Below are positions 10,145-20,288 of a stretch of 64,000 bases of DNA, in pieces. The position numbers and the translations under genes are program-made. Positions within the stretch are counted from its first letter, which is position 1. Each line of letters begins with the position of its first letter. The stretch is from Vicinamibacteria bacterium. GTDB lineage: Bacteria > Acidobacteriota > Vicinamibacteria > Marinacidobacterales > Marinacidobacteraceae. The notes under the pieces are model-generated. The model did no database searches. It worked only from the letters and a program-made list of their open reading frames with translations, and was not told where the DNA came from. Location: contig CAXXLQ010000004.1 in the NCBI GenBank assembly GCA_963668695.2, positions 992,001 to 1,056,000 of the forward strand. The letters are read 5' to 3'.

Positions 10145-11104
10145 ATGATCCGCTTTCGGGTGGCAATCGTCGGCCTGCTGGCGGTCTCCGGGGTGGGCTG
10201 CGACACGTTCTCTGACGACAAAGAACTGGTGGTGGTCTCCCTCGGCGAACACGACGTAACCAAGGCGGACCTGGACCGGTTCGTAGGATCCAGGATGAGG
10301 CTCGGTGGGACACTCGACGCTCTGCTGCTCAGCGCCCTGCTGGACGAGTTCGTCAGGGAGCAACTGCTGGTGATCGCCGCCGAGGAGGAGGGAGTCGAGG
10401 TCTCCGAATTCCAACTCCTCACCGAGACCTCCGTCCTGCTGCGAGGGCCGGGAACCGACGCGGTGCGGGCGGAGGACGATGTTGCCGCGCCGGAGGGGGT
10501 GGACGACTCCACGGAAGGCTCCGACCATGCCGTTTGGTTGCGATCCCAGATCGAAGATCGCCTCCTGGTGGACCGCCTCATGGACACGGTGGTGCTCGCC
10601 GACCTCGAAGCCACGGACGAAGCCTTGCAACTGGAGTTCGATGCCAACCGCGCCTTTTACGCACGCCCGGAAACCGTCACCCTCTCGGAACGGCGGTTCG
10701 ACGACCGCGAGGCCGCGGAAGCGGCAGCCCGGTTGCTGCGCGAGGCAGGCCGGTCCGGCGCTGATGACGGGGCAGCCGATCAATTCATGCCGATCGGCAC
10801 CTTCCGGCCGGGAGAACTCCCGGATGCGGTAGATCAGGCCGTCTTCGTCCTCGACCCCGGGGACGCCACCGATGCGGTCGAGACGGCGGGGGGATTCAGG
10901 GTCTTCCGGGTGGACGAAAAGCTTCCCCCGGCGTCACTGGAGTTCGAGGAAGTCAAGGATGTGGTCCGGCTCACGGTCTTGCGCCGGGAAGCGGACGCAC
11001 GGGTCCAGGCGCTCCTTGCGGGGCTTCAGGAACGCCACCCCATCCGCGTGCACACGGACAACCTGCCGTTCCCCTACGTCGGGTTGCTGCCGAAGGTGGA
11101 GTAG
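10145..11104 (+). CDS. SurA/PpiC-like peptidyl-prolyl isomerase lipoprotein
   Basis: Lipobox-like GVGC; FYARPETVTL, GELPDAVDQAVFVL, VETAGGFRVFRV. Start taken at the ATG after the MITE. Confidence 0.75.
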   Translation: MIRFRVAIVGLLAVSGVGCDTFSDDKELVVVSLGEHDVTKADLDRFVGSRMRLGGTLDALLLSALLDEFVREQLLVIAAEEEGVEVSEFQLLTETSVLLRGPGTDAVRAEDDVAAPEGVDDSTEGSDHAVWLRSQIEDRLLVDRLMDTVVLADLEATDEALQLEFDANRAFYARPETVTLSERRFDDREAAEAAARLLREAGRSGADDGAADQFMPIGTFRPGELPDAVDQAVFVLDPGDATDAVETAGGFRVFRVDEKLPPASLEFEEVKDVVRLTVLRREADARVQALLAGLQERHPIRVHTDNLPFPYVGLLPKVE

Positions 11105-11162
11105 CCCGTCCCCGGCTCGGGAGCCACACTAGAATGTGAGCCTGAGTTTTGGAGGCCTGACC

Positions 11163-12182
11163 ATGCCGCGTTTCTTCTCGCGTGCTTCTCTCGTTGCGAT
11201 GTTGTGTGCGCTTGGCGCGGTGGCGTCCGCACAGGACGGCGGCCCTGAGCGGGTGGAGGTGGTGGAACGGGTGGTGGCGCTCGTCAACGGGGACATGATC
11301 ACCCTCAGCGAGTTGGAGCGGCAGGTAATTGTCCAGGGCGAGCGCCTCGGCGTTCCCGAGGACCCCGAGATCCAGGCCACCTTTCGACAGCAGGTTCTCG
11401 AAGGGATGGTGGACAACACCCTGATCCTGCAGGTCGCCGACCAGCGCGGACTCCGGGTTCCCGACCGCTACTTCGACGAATGGAAGGAAACGACCATCAA
11501 GGAAATGAACCTTCCCAACGAAGCAGAGTTCATTCGGCAGGTGGAGCTTCAGGGATCGAACATCGAGGAGTTGAAGAAGCAGTTCCTCGAAGGTGTGCTC
11601 ATCCAGGAAATACGGCGCCAGGACATCGAGGAGCGCGTCAATATCAGCGAACCGGAAATCGAGCAGCGCTACCGCGAGAACGTGGACGAGTTCGTGCGCC
11701 CGCCTCAGGTGCGGATCCGGGAGCTGGTGATCCATGTCACCGAAGCCGGCGAGGCGGAGGCGCAGGAGCGCCTGGCGGAGGCCCGACGGCTGATCGAATC
11801 GGGGACCGATTTCGGCGAGGTGGCGAAGGTGCGGTCGGAGTCCGGGTCGGCGGAGAGCGGCGGTGACCTCGGTCTGTTCCAGGTCAGCGAACTGGACGAA
11901 TCGTTCCAGCCGGTGGTGTCCGGACTCGAGACCGGGGCGCTCTCCGAGCCCCTCCGGATCGGCGAATCCCTATACCTGCTGAAGGTGGACGAGCGGACCG
12001 AGGAATCCACGACCCCGCTGGATGACGTGCGAAACCAGATCGCCGAGTCGCTCTACACCGAGAAGATGGCCACCGAAATGGAGAACTTCGTCCGAAACCT
12101 GCGCGAAAACGCCATCGTCGAGATTCGCCTCGACGACAGCGATGACGACGGCGATTCCGCTGGCGAGCCGCCCTCGCGGTAG
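11163..12182 (+). CDS. SurA-like periplasmic chaperone / parvulin PPIase
   Basis: Signal peptide; ERVVALVNGDMITLSEL; DFGEVAKVRSESGSAESGGDLG. Confidence 0.85.
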   Translation: MPRFFSRASLVAMLCALGAVASAQDGGPERVEVVERVVALVNGDMITLSELERQVIVQGERLGVPEDPEIQATFRQQVLEGMVDNTLILQVADQRGLRVPDRYFDEWKETTIKEMNLPNEAEFIRQVELQGSNIEELKKQFLEGVLIQEIRRQDIEERVNISEPEIEQRYRENVDEFVRPPQVRIRELVIHVTEAGEAEAQERLAEARRLIESGTDFGEVAKVRSESGSAESGGDLGLFQVSELDESFQPVVSGLETGALSEPLRIGESLYLLKVDERTEESTTPLDDVRNQIAESLYTEKMATEMENFVRNLRENAIVEIRLDDSDDDGDSAGEPPSR

Positions 12183-12208
12183 CCCGGGGATCCCCCGCCG
12201 GCGCGGGA

Positions 12209-13255
12209 TCAGCCGCCCCGGGTGTGCATTTCGAGATGAGGATTCTTGCGGAGGTCCCCCGCGGCGAGCAGCGGGGTGCGGCGATCGAGGGCTGCCCGCT
12301 CTTCGGCGCCCCGATCGACGCGGCCTGACCAGGTGGACGCGATCAGCGCCTCCATCTCGGCGGCGGTCGCTCCGGAGCGGAGCGGACTCCGGAGGTCCAG
12401 CCCCTCGGCGGCGTACAGACAGCGGAACCAGTGGCCGTCCGCCGTGACCCGGCTGCGGTCGCAGGTGCGGCAGAAGGGTTCGGAAACCGAAGCGATGATG
12501 CCGAAGACTCGTCCATCCGGAATCCGGTAGCGGCGGGCCGGCGCCGTGGGGTCTTCCACGGGAACCGGTTCAACGCCTCCGTAACGGCGCGCCATGACCT
12601 TGCGGATGGCTCCCGCATCGAACACCAGATCCGGACGCCAGCCGGTAGCGCCGCCGACGTCCATGTATTCGATGAACCGGATCTCCGCGCCGTGCTCGGT
12701 GGCGAATTCGAAGAGGTCTACCGCTTCATCGTCGTTGAAGCCCCGGATCACCACGGTGTCCAGCTTCAACGGCTGCAGTCCCGCCGCGGTGGCGGCGGCG
12801 ATCCCTTCGTGCACCGCCTGGAGCCCGTCACGCCGCGTAAGGGTGCGGAAGCGGTCCGGCCGGAGGGTGTCGAGGCTGACCGTGATCCGGTGCAGCCCCG
12901 ATGCTTTGAGCGCCTCGGCCTGGCCGGCGAGAAGGAGCCCGTTGGTGGTCAGGGCGATGTCTTCGATCCCCGGAACGAGCGAAACCAGTCGGACGAGTTC
13001 GGGCAGGTGGCGGCGGATCAGCGGCTCGCCGCCGGTGATCCGCAGCTTCCGAACTCCGAGTGCCACGAACCGCTCGACGACGAACGCGGTCTCGTCAAAG
13101 CTCAGGAGGTCCTTCCGCGGGAGCCAGACGTACTCCTCCTCCGGCATGCAGTACTGACAACGGAGGTTGCAGCGGTCGGTGACCGAGAGACGGAGGCTGC
13201 CGAGCGGCCGCGCGAAGCGGTCCAGAACGGGCGGGGGGAACGGCTTTTCCGGCAA
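12209..13255 (-). CDS. moaA: GTP 3',8-cyclase
   Basis: LRLSVTDRCNLRCQYC, RITGGEPL, FCRTCDRSRVTADG...CL, C-terminal GG. TTG start at 13255 is inferred; the upstream ORF extension runs through a MITE. Confidence 0.93.
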   Translation of the reverse strand: MPEKPFPPPVLDRFARPLGSLRLSVTDRCNLRCQYCMPEEEYVWLPRKDLLSFDETAFVVERFVALGVRKLRITGGEPLIRRHLPELVRLVSLVPGIEDIALTTNGLLLAGQAEALKASGLHRITVSLDTLRPDRFRTLTRRDGLQAVHEGIAAATAAGLQPLKLDTVVIRGFNDDEAVDLFEFATEHGAEIRFIEYMDVGGATGWRPDLVFDAGAIRKVMARRYGGVEPVPVEDPTAPARRYRIPDGRVFGIIASVSEPFCRTCDRSRVTADGHWFRCLYAAEGLDLRSPLRSGATAAEMEALIASTWSGRVDRGAEERAALDRRTPLLAAGDLRKNPHLEMHTRGG

Positions 13256-13290
13256 GGAGTGAGGAAAGGGGGAAGGAAGCGTACCCCGGC

Positions 13291-13774
13291 TTAGCAGCCT
13301 GTGGACAAAGTCATGCGGCCCAGTTCTCCCGGTGGGGGCTCGACCGGCGATGCATCCCGGCCAAACAGCCTGTGATGAAACCCGCGCGGCCCAGTTCTCC
13401 CGGTGGGGGCTCGGCCGGCGATCCATCCCGGCTGACCGCGTCGCTGCGCGCCGCTCATCGTTGCGCTTCGGTCGAAATACGTTGCGCTTCGGGCCAGTTC
13501 TCCCGGTGGGGGCTCCTCCCTCACGCGCCTTGTCAGCCGGGCGCCTCACCGGCCTCGGCGCTCACGCAGGTTCCACCACAGGCTGTTCACCACTCCGCTT
13601 CGCGTCGCTCATCGTTGCGCTTCGGTCGAAATACACTCGGGCCAGTTCTCCCGGTGGGGGCTCCTCCCTCGCGCGCCTCGTCAGCCGGACCCCCACCGGG
13701 AGAACTGGGCCTCGCCCCCACCGGGAGGACTGGCCGCTCTCGGCGCTCACACCACTTTATCCACAGGCTACTAG
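13291..13774. mobile_element. Nested/duplicated MITE family A cluster
   Basis: TTAG-CAGCCTGTGGACAAAGT ... ACTTTATCCACAGGCTA-CTAG, with an internal second left end near 13366 and an internal right end near 13586; six 18-mer inserts. Confidence 0.85.
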
Positions 13775-13807
13775 GGGTGCGCCGCTCGCGAGGCTCTCCT
13801 TTCGGGA

Positions 13808-14620
13808 TCAGTTCACCGCGAGCAGTTCGACCTCGAAGAGCAGCGTTGCGTAGGCCGGAATTTGCGGCGGTCGCCCGGCGGCTCCGTACGCGCGGCCATG
13901 GGGGATCACAATTCGGCGACGCCCGCCTACGCGCATTCCCACGATGCCCAGGTCCCATCCCGCGATCACGTTCCCGACCCCGAGAGTGAAGGTGAAGGGC
14001 GCCGCAGCGGTGGTGGAATCGAACGTAGTGCCCTTGTTGCCCTCGGCAATCAGGTCGTAGAGCCAACCGTGATAGGCCATCGAGAGTGAGCGCCCGTTTG
14101 CTGCTTCCTCTCCGTCGCCTTCGTGCAGATCCACGATTTCAAAGGGCACTTCCGCCCCGCCCAGGAGCTCCACCTCGACGAGAAGGGTGGCGTTCCCGGG
14201 AATGAAACTCGTCCCCTGCGCGCCGAAACCGAGGTCGGGCGGAACAATGATGCGGCGAAGACCGCCCACCCGCATGCCGACCAAGCCCTGTTCGATGCCG
14301 CCAACGAGCAGGCCAAACCCCAACCGGAACGAAAAAGGCCCCTCCGCGCTCGTAGAGCCGAATTCCTCGCCTCGATTGTCAGGGGTGGCCGGGTCGTAAA
14401 CCCAGCCGGTGTAGTCGATCGCCAGCAACCAGCCGTCCTGCATCCCCGGACCCTCTCCCTCTTCGAGATCGGTCACCCCGAAGGGCACACCGAGCGGGGG
14501 GGCGGGCGCGGGCGCCTCGGGGGTGGTCGGCGCGCTCCCGTCCCCACCGCAACCGAAGGCGAGCACGCCGGACACCAACAACATGCTTCCCAGGGAGAAC
14601 CACCGGTTCGCGTAAGTCAT
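13808..14620 (-). CDS. Lipoprotein with two tandem FKBP-type PPIase domains
   Basis: LAFGC lipobox; two GMRVGG.RRI.(V/I)P...G...IP..ATLL.EVEL domains. Confidence 0.88.
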   Translation of the reverse strand: MTYANRWFSLGSMLLVSGVLAFGCGGDGSAPTTPEAPAPAPPLGVPFGVTDLEEGEGPGMQDGWLLAIDYTGWVYDPATPDNRGEEFGSTSAEGPFSFRLGFGLLVGGIEQGLVGMRVGGLRRIIVPPDLGFGAQGTSFIPGNATLLVEVELLGGAEVPFEIVDLHEGDGEEAANGRSLSMAYHGWLYDLIAEGNKGTTFDSTTAAAPFTFTLGVGNVIAGWDLGIVGMRVGGRRRIVIPHGRAYGAAGRPPQIPAYATLLFEVELLAVN

Positions 14621-14717
14621 GGGCACCTCCCGCGGGCGACCGGCCGCTGCCGTGACAGTCGCCTCGGACCGCAGTGGGGCAGCGGGATTGACAGGGTATA
14701 CGGAAACGAACGCGGGT

Positions 14718-16310
14718 TCAGCGCACGAGGAATACGCCAGGACGTGCATCGGTAGCGCGGCCCGCCTCGAACACGGTCTGTCCGGCCACCAAAACGTGGC
14801 GGATGCCCACCGAGAGTTCGTGGGGAGACTCCGGGGTGGCCCGGTCGGAGACCGTCTCCGGGTCGAACAGAACCAGATCGGCTGCCATTCCGGGGGCGAT
14901 GCGACCCCGGCCGGAGAAGCCCAGGTGGTCGGCGGCCAACGAAGTCATCCGGCGCACCGCCTCCTCCAGAGTGAGGATCCCGCGTTCTCGAACAAACTGC
15001 CGGATCGCCCGCGGGAAGGATCCGAACCCGCGGGGATGGGCCCCGAAGAGGGCGCCGTCGGTGCACAGGTTGGCGTGTTCCCAGGCGAAGATGGCGGCGA
15101 TGTCATCCTCCTCCATGCCGGTGGCGATCACCGACTCCACCCTGGTCCCGGGCTCCAGGTCCGGATCGGCGCGCATGGCCTCGGCCTGCTGGATCAGTTC
15201 GAGCAGGGTCACCGCCGGCTCCTCGCCGCGCTCTTCGGCGATGCTGGCCAAGGTCCGGCCGGCGTAGGAAGGTTCGGGCGCGTAGGTCGGGATGAGGATG
15301 CCCTCCGGGAGGGCGAGCTGGGAGACCACGAAGCGCGACTCCTCGAGATCGGTGAAGTCCCGATCCGGAAACATCACGGTCAGTGTGGACTGCCAGTACG
15401 GATAGGGGTAGACATCCAGCGTGATGTCTACCCCGGCGGCCCGGGCCTCTTCCAGCCGGCCGAGGAAACGGGGGGTTTCGCCCCAGAGGCTCTGCAGCGC
15501 CAGTTTGGCGTGCGAGATCTGGACGGGCATTCCGGTCTCCGCCCCGATCCGGATGATCTCTTCCACCGCGTCCCAAAACCAGCGATCTTCGCTCCGGACG
15601 TGGCTGATGTAGCGGCCGCCGGCATCGGCAGCAACCCGCGCGAGTTCCAGAACCTCCTCCGCTCGGGAGTAAATCCCGGGGTCGTACTCCAGCCCGGTAC
15701 TCAGCCCGAGCGCTCCCGAGGCCAGATCGGCTTCCAGCAGGGTTTTCATCGCGGCGATTTCTTCCGCCGTCGCTTCGCGCCGGAAATCCTCGCTCATCAC
15801 CAACTCCCGCAGCGTGTTGTGGCCGGAGTAGCTGGCGACGTTGACGGTGGACGGGGACGCTTCGAAACGGCTCCGGAAGTCGGCGAGCGGGTGCGGCGAG
15901 CCACCGTCCTGCCCCACGACCAGGGTGGTGATTCCCTGGCTCACGGCCGCGGTGGCGTCGAGTCTCTCGAACAGATCGGAGGCGGCGTGGCTGTGGGTGT
16001 CGATGAACCCCGGCGCGAGGACGAGCCCTCCCGCCTCGAGCACCGTGTCCCCGGACCGCGGGGAAATGCCGGGACCGACCTCGACGATCCGCCCGTCCAC
16101 AATGCGGACTGCCCCGGGGAATGCGGGCGTGCCGGCACCGTCCACGATCCGCGCATCCGTGATGGTGAGCCCCGGAGGCCCGCTTGGGCCACACCGGGAC
16201 CAGGCCAGGACCAACGCGGCCAGGACCAGCGCGGCCGGGATCAGCGCGGCCGGGAGAAGCGCCGAACGCCCTCTCGAGACGGTCGACGGACGTCGTCCCG
16301 GACTGATCAT
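14718..16310 (-). CDS. N-acyl-D-amino-acid deacylase (amidohydrolase family), secreted
   Basis: LAPGFIDTHSH, QGITT, LSTGLEYDPG, SHVRSE, HPRGFGSFPR, ADLVLFDP. Confidence 0.9.
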   Translation of the reverse strand: MISPGRRPSTVSRGRSALLPAALIPAALVLAALVLAWSRCGPSGPPGLTITDARIVDGAGTPAFPGAVRIVDGRIVEVGPGISPRSGDTVLEAGGLVLAPGFIDTHSHAASDLFERLDATAAVSQGITTLVVGQDGGSPHPLADFRSRFEASPSTVNVASYSGHNTLRELVMSEDFRREATAEEIAAMKTLLEADLASGALGLSTGLEYDPGIYSRAEEVLELARVAADAGGRYISHVRSEDRWFWDAVEEIIRIGAETGMPVQISHAKLALQSLWGETPRFLGRLEEARAAGVDITLDVYPYPYWQSTLTVMFPDRDFTDLEESRFVVSQLALPEGILIPTYAPEPSYAGRTLASIAEERGEEPAVTLLELIQQAEAMRADPDLEPGTRVESVIATGMEEDDIAAIFAWEHANLCTDGALFGAHPRGFGSFPRAIRQFVRERGILTLEEAVRRMTSLAADHLGFSGRGRIAPGMAADLVLFDPETVSDRATPESPHELSVGIRHVLVAGQTVFEAGRATDARPGVFLVR

Positions 16311-16398
16311 AAGCCGCACCCCGAATGCGCCGGCGACGGTACCAGAGGGACGCGGCCCTCGGTCCTTATCCGATCAGCGCGTCAGCCGATTAGCCCGA

Positions 16399-16728
16399 TC
16401 AGCCGATCAGCGCGTTAAGGCGGGCGGCCAGATTCGCCTTCGACTGGACGCCGACGATCTGGCCCACCACTTCGCCCTTCTGGAAGAAAAGCAGGGTCGG
16501 GATGGAGCGGACCCGGAATTTTTCGGCGATCCGGGGCTGGTCATCCACGTTCACCTTGCCGATCACCGCCCGGCCGTCAAAGTCGTCGGCCAGTTCCGAG
16601 ATCGCCGGGGCGATCGTCCGACAGGGGCCGCACCATTCGGCCCAGAAATCCACGAGGCTCGGCTGGTCACCGCCGACCGTCGCATCGAAATTGTCGCTCG
16701 TCAGTTCCAGCGCCTTACCATCAGCCAT
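16399..16728 (-). CDS. trxA: Thioredoxin
   Basis: VDFWAEWCGPC and VRSIPTLL. Confidence 0.95.
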   Translation of the reverse strand: MADGKALELTSDNFDATVGGDQPSLVDFWAEWCGPCRTIAPAISELADDFDGRAVIGKVNVDDQPRIAEKFRVRSIPTLLFFQKGEVVGQIVGVQSKANLAARLNALIG

Positions 16729-16834
16729 ACTCAGCACTACTCCCGGGGATGGGCCCGCCACCGGTGGCGGTCAATCAGAGAATTCAAGTTCATTTTAGCC
16801 GGTGGCGTTACGCAATACTTAGGGAGTAGGCGTT

Positions 16835-17761
16835 ATGTCGCATCAACACCATCACGACGCGCTGGCCCCTGCGCGCGGTGGGAAATTGCCTTCGCGGTGG
16901 GCGCTGGGCGCCGCCCTTGTCTGCACGCTGACGATCGCGGCCGCGGAGTTTGTAGGAGGGATGCTCGCCAACAGCCTCGCCCTCCAGGGCGACGCGGGAC
17001 ACATGCTGAGCGACAGTGCCGCGCTCGGCGTGTCCCTCCTGGCCGCCTGGCTCGCGACCCGCCCGATGACGGCGCGCCGCACGTTCGGATTTCACCGCGC
17101 CGAGGTGCTCGCGGCGCTCCTCAACTCGCTGTTCCTGCTGGGGATTGCGGGTTGGGTGGGGACCCGCGCCATTGCCCGCCTGGGTGATCCGCTCGAAGTT
17201 TCCGCGCTACCGGTCCTGATCATCGCCATTATCGGCCTGATCGTGAATCTCGTGGCCCTCAAGGTCCTGGGCCACCACCAGCACAGCAACCTGAACATCC
17301 GGGGCGCCTTCCTGCACGTACTCGGCGACACCCTCGGTTCCGCGGGCGTCATCATCTCGGCCCTCGTCATCCAGTTCACGGGCTGGAACACGGTGGACGC
17401 ACTCGTCTCCCTTGGAATCGCCGGTCTGCTGGTGCTCTCGGGGGTCCGGCTGCTGCGTGACAGCGTCGCGGTGCTGATGCTCACGACCCCCGAGGGCGTG
17501 GACGGGGAGGCGGTACGCTCCGGTCTGCTCTCCCTTCCCGGCATCCGTGGGATCCACGACCTCCACATCTGGACGGTGAACAGCGGTTTCGTCTCGCTCT
17601 CCTGCCACGCCGACATCGAGCCGAACACGCCCCCGGACACCATCCTCAAGAGCGCGACCGCACTGCTGCGGGAACGCTTCGGCATCCGTCACGTGACGAT
17701 CCAGCCGGAGATCACCCGGGCTCATGGGGACGCGGATTCGTGCCAGATTCTCGCGACCTGA
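16835..17761 (+). CDS. Cation diffusion facilitator (CzcD/ZitB-like Zn/Co/Cd exporter)
   Basis: His-rich N-terminus; SLALQGDAGHMLSD; NIRGAFLHVLGD; HDLHIW; HVTIQPE. Confidence 0.93.
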   Translation: MSHQHHHDALAPARGGKLPSRWALGAALVCTLTIAAAEFVGGMLANSLALQGDAGHMLSDSAALGVSLLAAWLATRPMTARRTFGFHRAEVLAALLNSLFLLGIAGWVGTRAIARLGDPLEVSALPVLIIAIIGLIVNLVALKVLGHHQHSNLNIRGAFLHVLGDTLGSAGVIISALVIQFTGWNTVDALVSLGIAGLLVLSGVRLLRDSVAVLMLTTPEGVDGEAVRSGLLSLPGIRGIHDLHIWTVNSGFVSLSCHADIEPNTPPDTILKSATALLRERFGIRHVTIQPEITRAHGDADSCQILAT

Positions 17762-20265
17762 GGAAGACCGTTTCTCTCGCTGGCGCCGCGCTGGCGCTGA
17801 TCTGGATCGGGATCCCCGCGGAGGCGGGGCAGATGAGTCCCCTCCGCTACCCGCCGGTGGCGGGCGGCCAGATCCGAGTGGAGAACTACCTGGTTCCCCG
17901 GGTCACTTCGTGGCCCGCATACCCCTCCTGGTCTCCCGACGGGAGTGAGATCGCATTTGCGCTCGACGGGCGCCTCTGGGCGGTTCCGGCGGCCGGCGGA
18001 GAGGCCCGCCAACTCACCGGGGGTCCGCAGGATCCGGATCCGGCCTACGACTTCGAGCCGGATTGGTCGCCGGACGGACGGTTCGTGGTGTTCTCGCGCG
18101 ACGTTGAGGGAAATCTCGACATCTACCGGGTGGAAAGCGGCGGAGGGACTCCCGAACGTCTCACCGAGCACCCCGCCATGGACTTCCATCCGCGGGCCGC
18201 GGCGGGCGGTCGCGTCGTGTATTCATCGGCGCAGTCCGGCAGCTTCGACATCCGGGAGGTCGGCGCCGACGGTTCGGACGTGCTGGTCTGGGGCGGTGAT
18301 TCCAACGAGATTCAGCCGGACCCCGGCCCAAACTTTGGAACAGGCCCGGACCTTGGAGAATTGCCGGGAGGGTTCCTGGTCGCAGTTTCCAACCGGTCGG
18401 ACCATCCCGGGACCGGCGGGATCTTTCGTATCGAGGGGCCAGGCGACCACCAGGAGCTCCACGTCGAGGAGACCACCTTCCGGACTCGTCCCGCGGTATC
18501 TCCGGACGGGAGCCTGATCGCCTTCGCGTCCGACATCCGAGGCAGCTACGACCTCTTCCTGCTTCCCGCGGCCGGAGGGTTGCCGTTCCGGCTTACCCGT
18601 GACGAAGACTGGGACGAGAAAGATCCCGCGTGGTCGCCGGACGGAAACGAGATCGTCTTCACCACGAATCGGGACGGGCGTCCGGCGCTCGAGGTGATCG
18701 GCGTTCACGGCGGGGCCGCGCGCCCGCTCGCGGTCACCGGCCTGAGACGCGCGGGTGCCGCCTGGGGGCGCCTGCGGGTCCGGCTGAGCGAAGCGGCGCG
18801 GGCGACCGTCCTGGGAGCGGACGGAAGAAGCCACGCTCCGCGCGGCGCCTTCCGCCGCATCGTCTCCTATACCGAGACCCACTATTTCCACGCGGCCCGG
18901 GAGTTCACGTTGGAACTTCCGCCGGGTCAGGCCACGGTTCGGCTCAAACGCGGCGTGGAGTTCCGGCCGTGGGAACGTGAGGTCGCGATCCGCTCCGGCG
19001 AGGAGACTCGCATCGAGGCGGAGTTCGAACGATTCACCGACCTCCGGGAAAGGAACTGGGTGTCCGGCGACACCCACGTCCATGACCTTCACGCCGGCGA
19101 CCTGCGAATCACCCCCGACGACCTCGTGGCTCAGGCGGATGCCGAGGCGCTCGAAGTGGTCCACGCGCTCATCCACGTGGACGGTTCGCGGACCATGGGT
19201 GATCCGGCCCGTTTCGTCGCCGGCCGGCACCCGGCATCCACCGACCGTGTCTTCCTTCGCTACGGCCAGGAATACCGGATGCCCTTCGGCCACCGGACCT
19301 TCCTGAACCCCGAGACCCTGTTCTTCCCGCTCGCCACCGGCGTTCGGGGCACGGCGCGCGAGGCGCCCTTCCCGCCGCTCTACGAGTACATCCGGCGCCT
19401 CAAGGCCGAACAGGGAGACCAGGTAGTCGTGGGGATGCCCCATCCCTACTTCGCCTATCTCGCGGAGGGGGTGCCCTTCACCGGCGCCTCACCCTCCGAG
19501 ATCCCGCTCGACGCGGCGCTCGGGGTCGTCGACTTCTTCGACATCAACTGCATTCCGAGTTCCGAAACCGGATCGGCCGCGATCTATGCCCGGCTTCTGA
19601 ATGCCGGCTTCCGGCTCGCCGCCGCGGGAGGCTCGGACACCTTTTCCGACACCTCCCGCGATCCGCCCCTCGGAACCGGCCGAACCTATGTGCATCTTCC
19701 TGAAGGCGCCGGCCCGGAGGCCTGGGCCCTCGGGCTCCGGACCGCCCGGAGCTTTTCCACGAACGGCCCGCTGCTTGAACTGGACGTGGACGGCCACGGA
19801 ATGGGGGGACAGATCGAGCGGAGCGGCCCCGCCACCCTCACGGTGCGGGCGCGAGCGGTTTCGGCGGTCCCCATGGAGCGGCTCTCGGTGCTCGTGAACG
19901 GTTCGGTCTGGCGCGAGGCGGCCGGGGACCTAGCGGCCGATGCGGTGGCCGGCTCCCCCTTCGAGCTGGAGGTCGCCGGAGAACTCGAACTCGGAGACAG
20001 CGCCTGGATCGCGGTCCGCGCCGAGGGCCCGCGGTCGGTCTGGACGACCGACAGTTCCCTCTTCGCCCACTCCTCGCCGGTATACGTGCTCCTCGATGGC
20101 CGCGAGATCGTCGTTGAGTCCGATCGGCTCTACATGGAACAAATGATCGAAGACTTCGGCGCGGCCATGGCGCGCCGCGACGACTGGCTGAACGACGCGC
20201 AAAAGGAACTCGTCCTCGCCGGCGTCGAAGAGGCGCTCATTCAGATCCACGCCAAACGACGCTGA
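17740..20265 (+). CDS. Secreted protein with TolB-like PD40 propeller and CehA/McbA-like (PHP-type) metallohydrolase domain
   Basis: P.WSPDG repeats; WVSGDTHVH; GQEYRMPFGH; LNAGFRLAAAGGSD; GRTYVH; FSTNGP; FAHSSPVYV. Confidence 0.8.
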   Translation: MPDSRDLRKTVSLAGAALALIWIGIPAEAGQMSPLRYPPVAGGQIRVENYLVPRVTSWPAYPSWSPDGSEIAFALDGRLWAVPAAGGEARQLTGGPQDPDPAYDFEPDWSPDGRFVVFSRDVEGNLDIYRVESGGGTPERLTEHPAMDFHPRAAAGGRVVYSSAQSGSFDIREVGADGSDVLVWGGDSNEIQPDPGPNFGTGPDLGELPGGFLVAVSNRSDHPGTGGIFRIEGPGDHQELHVEETTFRTRPAVSPDGSLIAFASDIRGSYDLFLLPAAGGLPFRLTRDEDWDEKDPAWSPDGNEIVFTTNRDGRPALEVIGVHGGAARPLAVTGLRRAGAAWGRLRVRLSEAARATVLGADGRSHAPRGAFRRIVSYTETHYFHAAREFTLELPPGQATVRLKRGVEFRPWEREVAIRSGEETRIEAEFERFTDLRERNWVSGDTHVHDLHAGDLRITPDDLVAQADAEALEVVHALIHVDGSRTMGDPARFVAGRHPASTDRVFLRYGQEYRMPFGHRTFLNPETLFFPLATGVRGTAREAPFPPLYEYIRRLKAEQGDQVVVGMPHPYFAYLAEGVPFTGASPSEIPLDAALGVVDFFDINCIPSSETGSAAIYARLLNAGFRLAAAGGSDTFSDTSRDPPLGTGRTYVHLPEGAGPEAWALGLRTARSFSTNGPLLELDVDGHGMGGQIERSGPATLTVRARAVSAVPMERLSVLVNGSVWREAAGDLAADAVAGSPFELEVAGELELGDSAWIAVRAEGPRSVWTTDSSLFAHSSPVYVLLDGREIVVESDRLYMEQMIEDFGAAMARRDDWLNDAQKELVLAGVEEALIQIHAKRR

Positions 20266-20288
20266 TCGCTTGTCGGGAGAACATCCGG

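Noticed and set aside
9579-10215. ORFs of 180-190 aa in this repeat region, and similar ORFs at 4828-5439 and 13291-13989
   Set aside because: They are translations of MITE/REP sequence, repetitive and with no protein motifs.
13256-13549. Long N-terminal extension of MoaA; likewise 9998-10144 for the PPIase
   Set aside because: The open frame simply runs through a MITE; family homology begins downstream.
13757-13765. Replication origin suggested by a DnaA box
   Set aside because: A single box within a MITE end; no box cluster, AT-rich unwinding element or dnaA/dnaN nearby.
9573-13774. CRISPR array interpretation of the recurring 18-mer
   Set aside because: Orientations are mixed, spacing is irregular, the intervening sequences are themselves repeated, and no cas genes are present.
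16195-16416. Short repeats: 15-bp units in the deacylase signal region and CCGATCAGCGCGT duplicated at the trxA end
   Set aside because: Simple local slippage or duplication with no sign of function.
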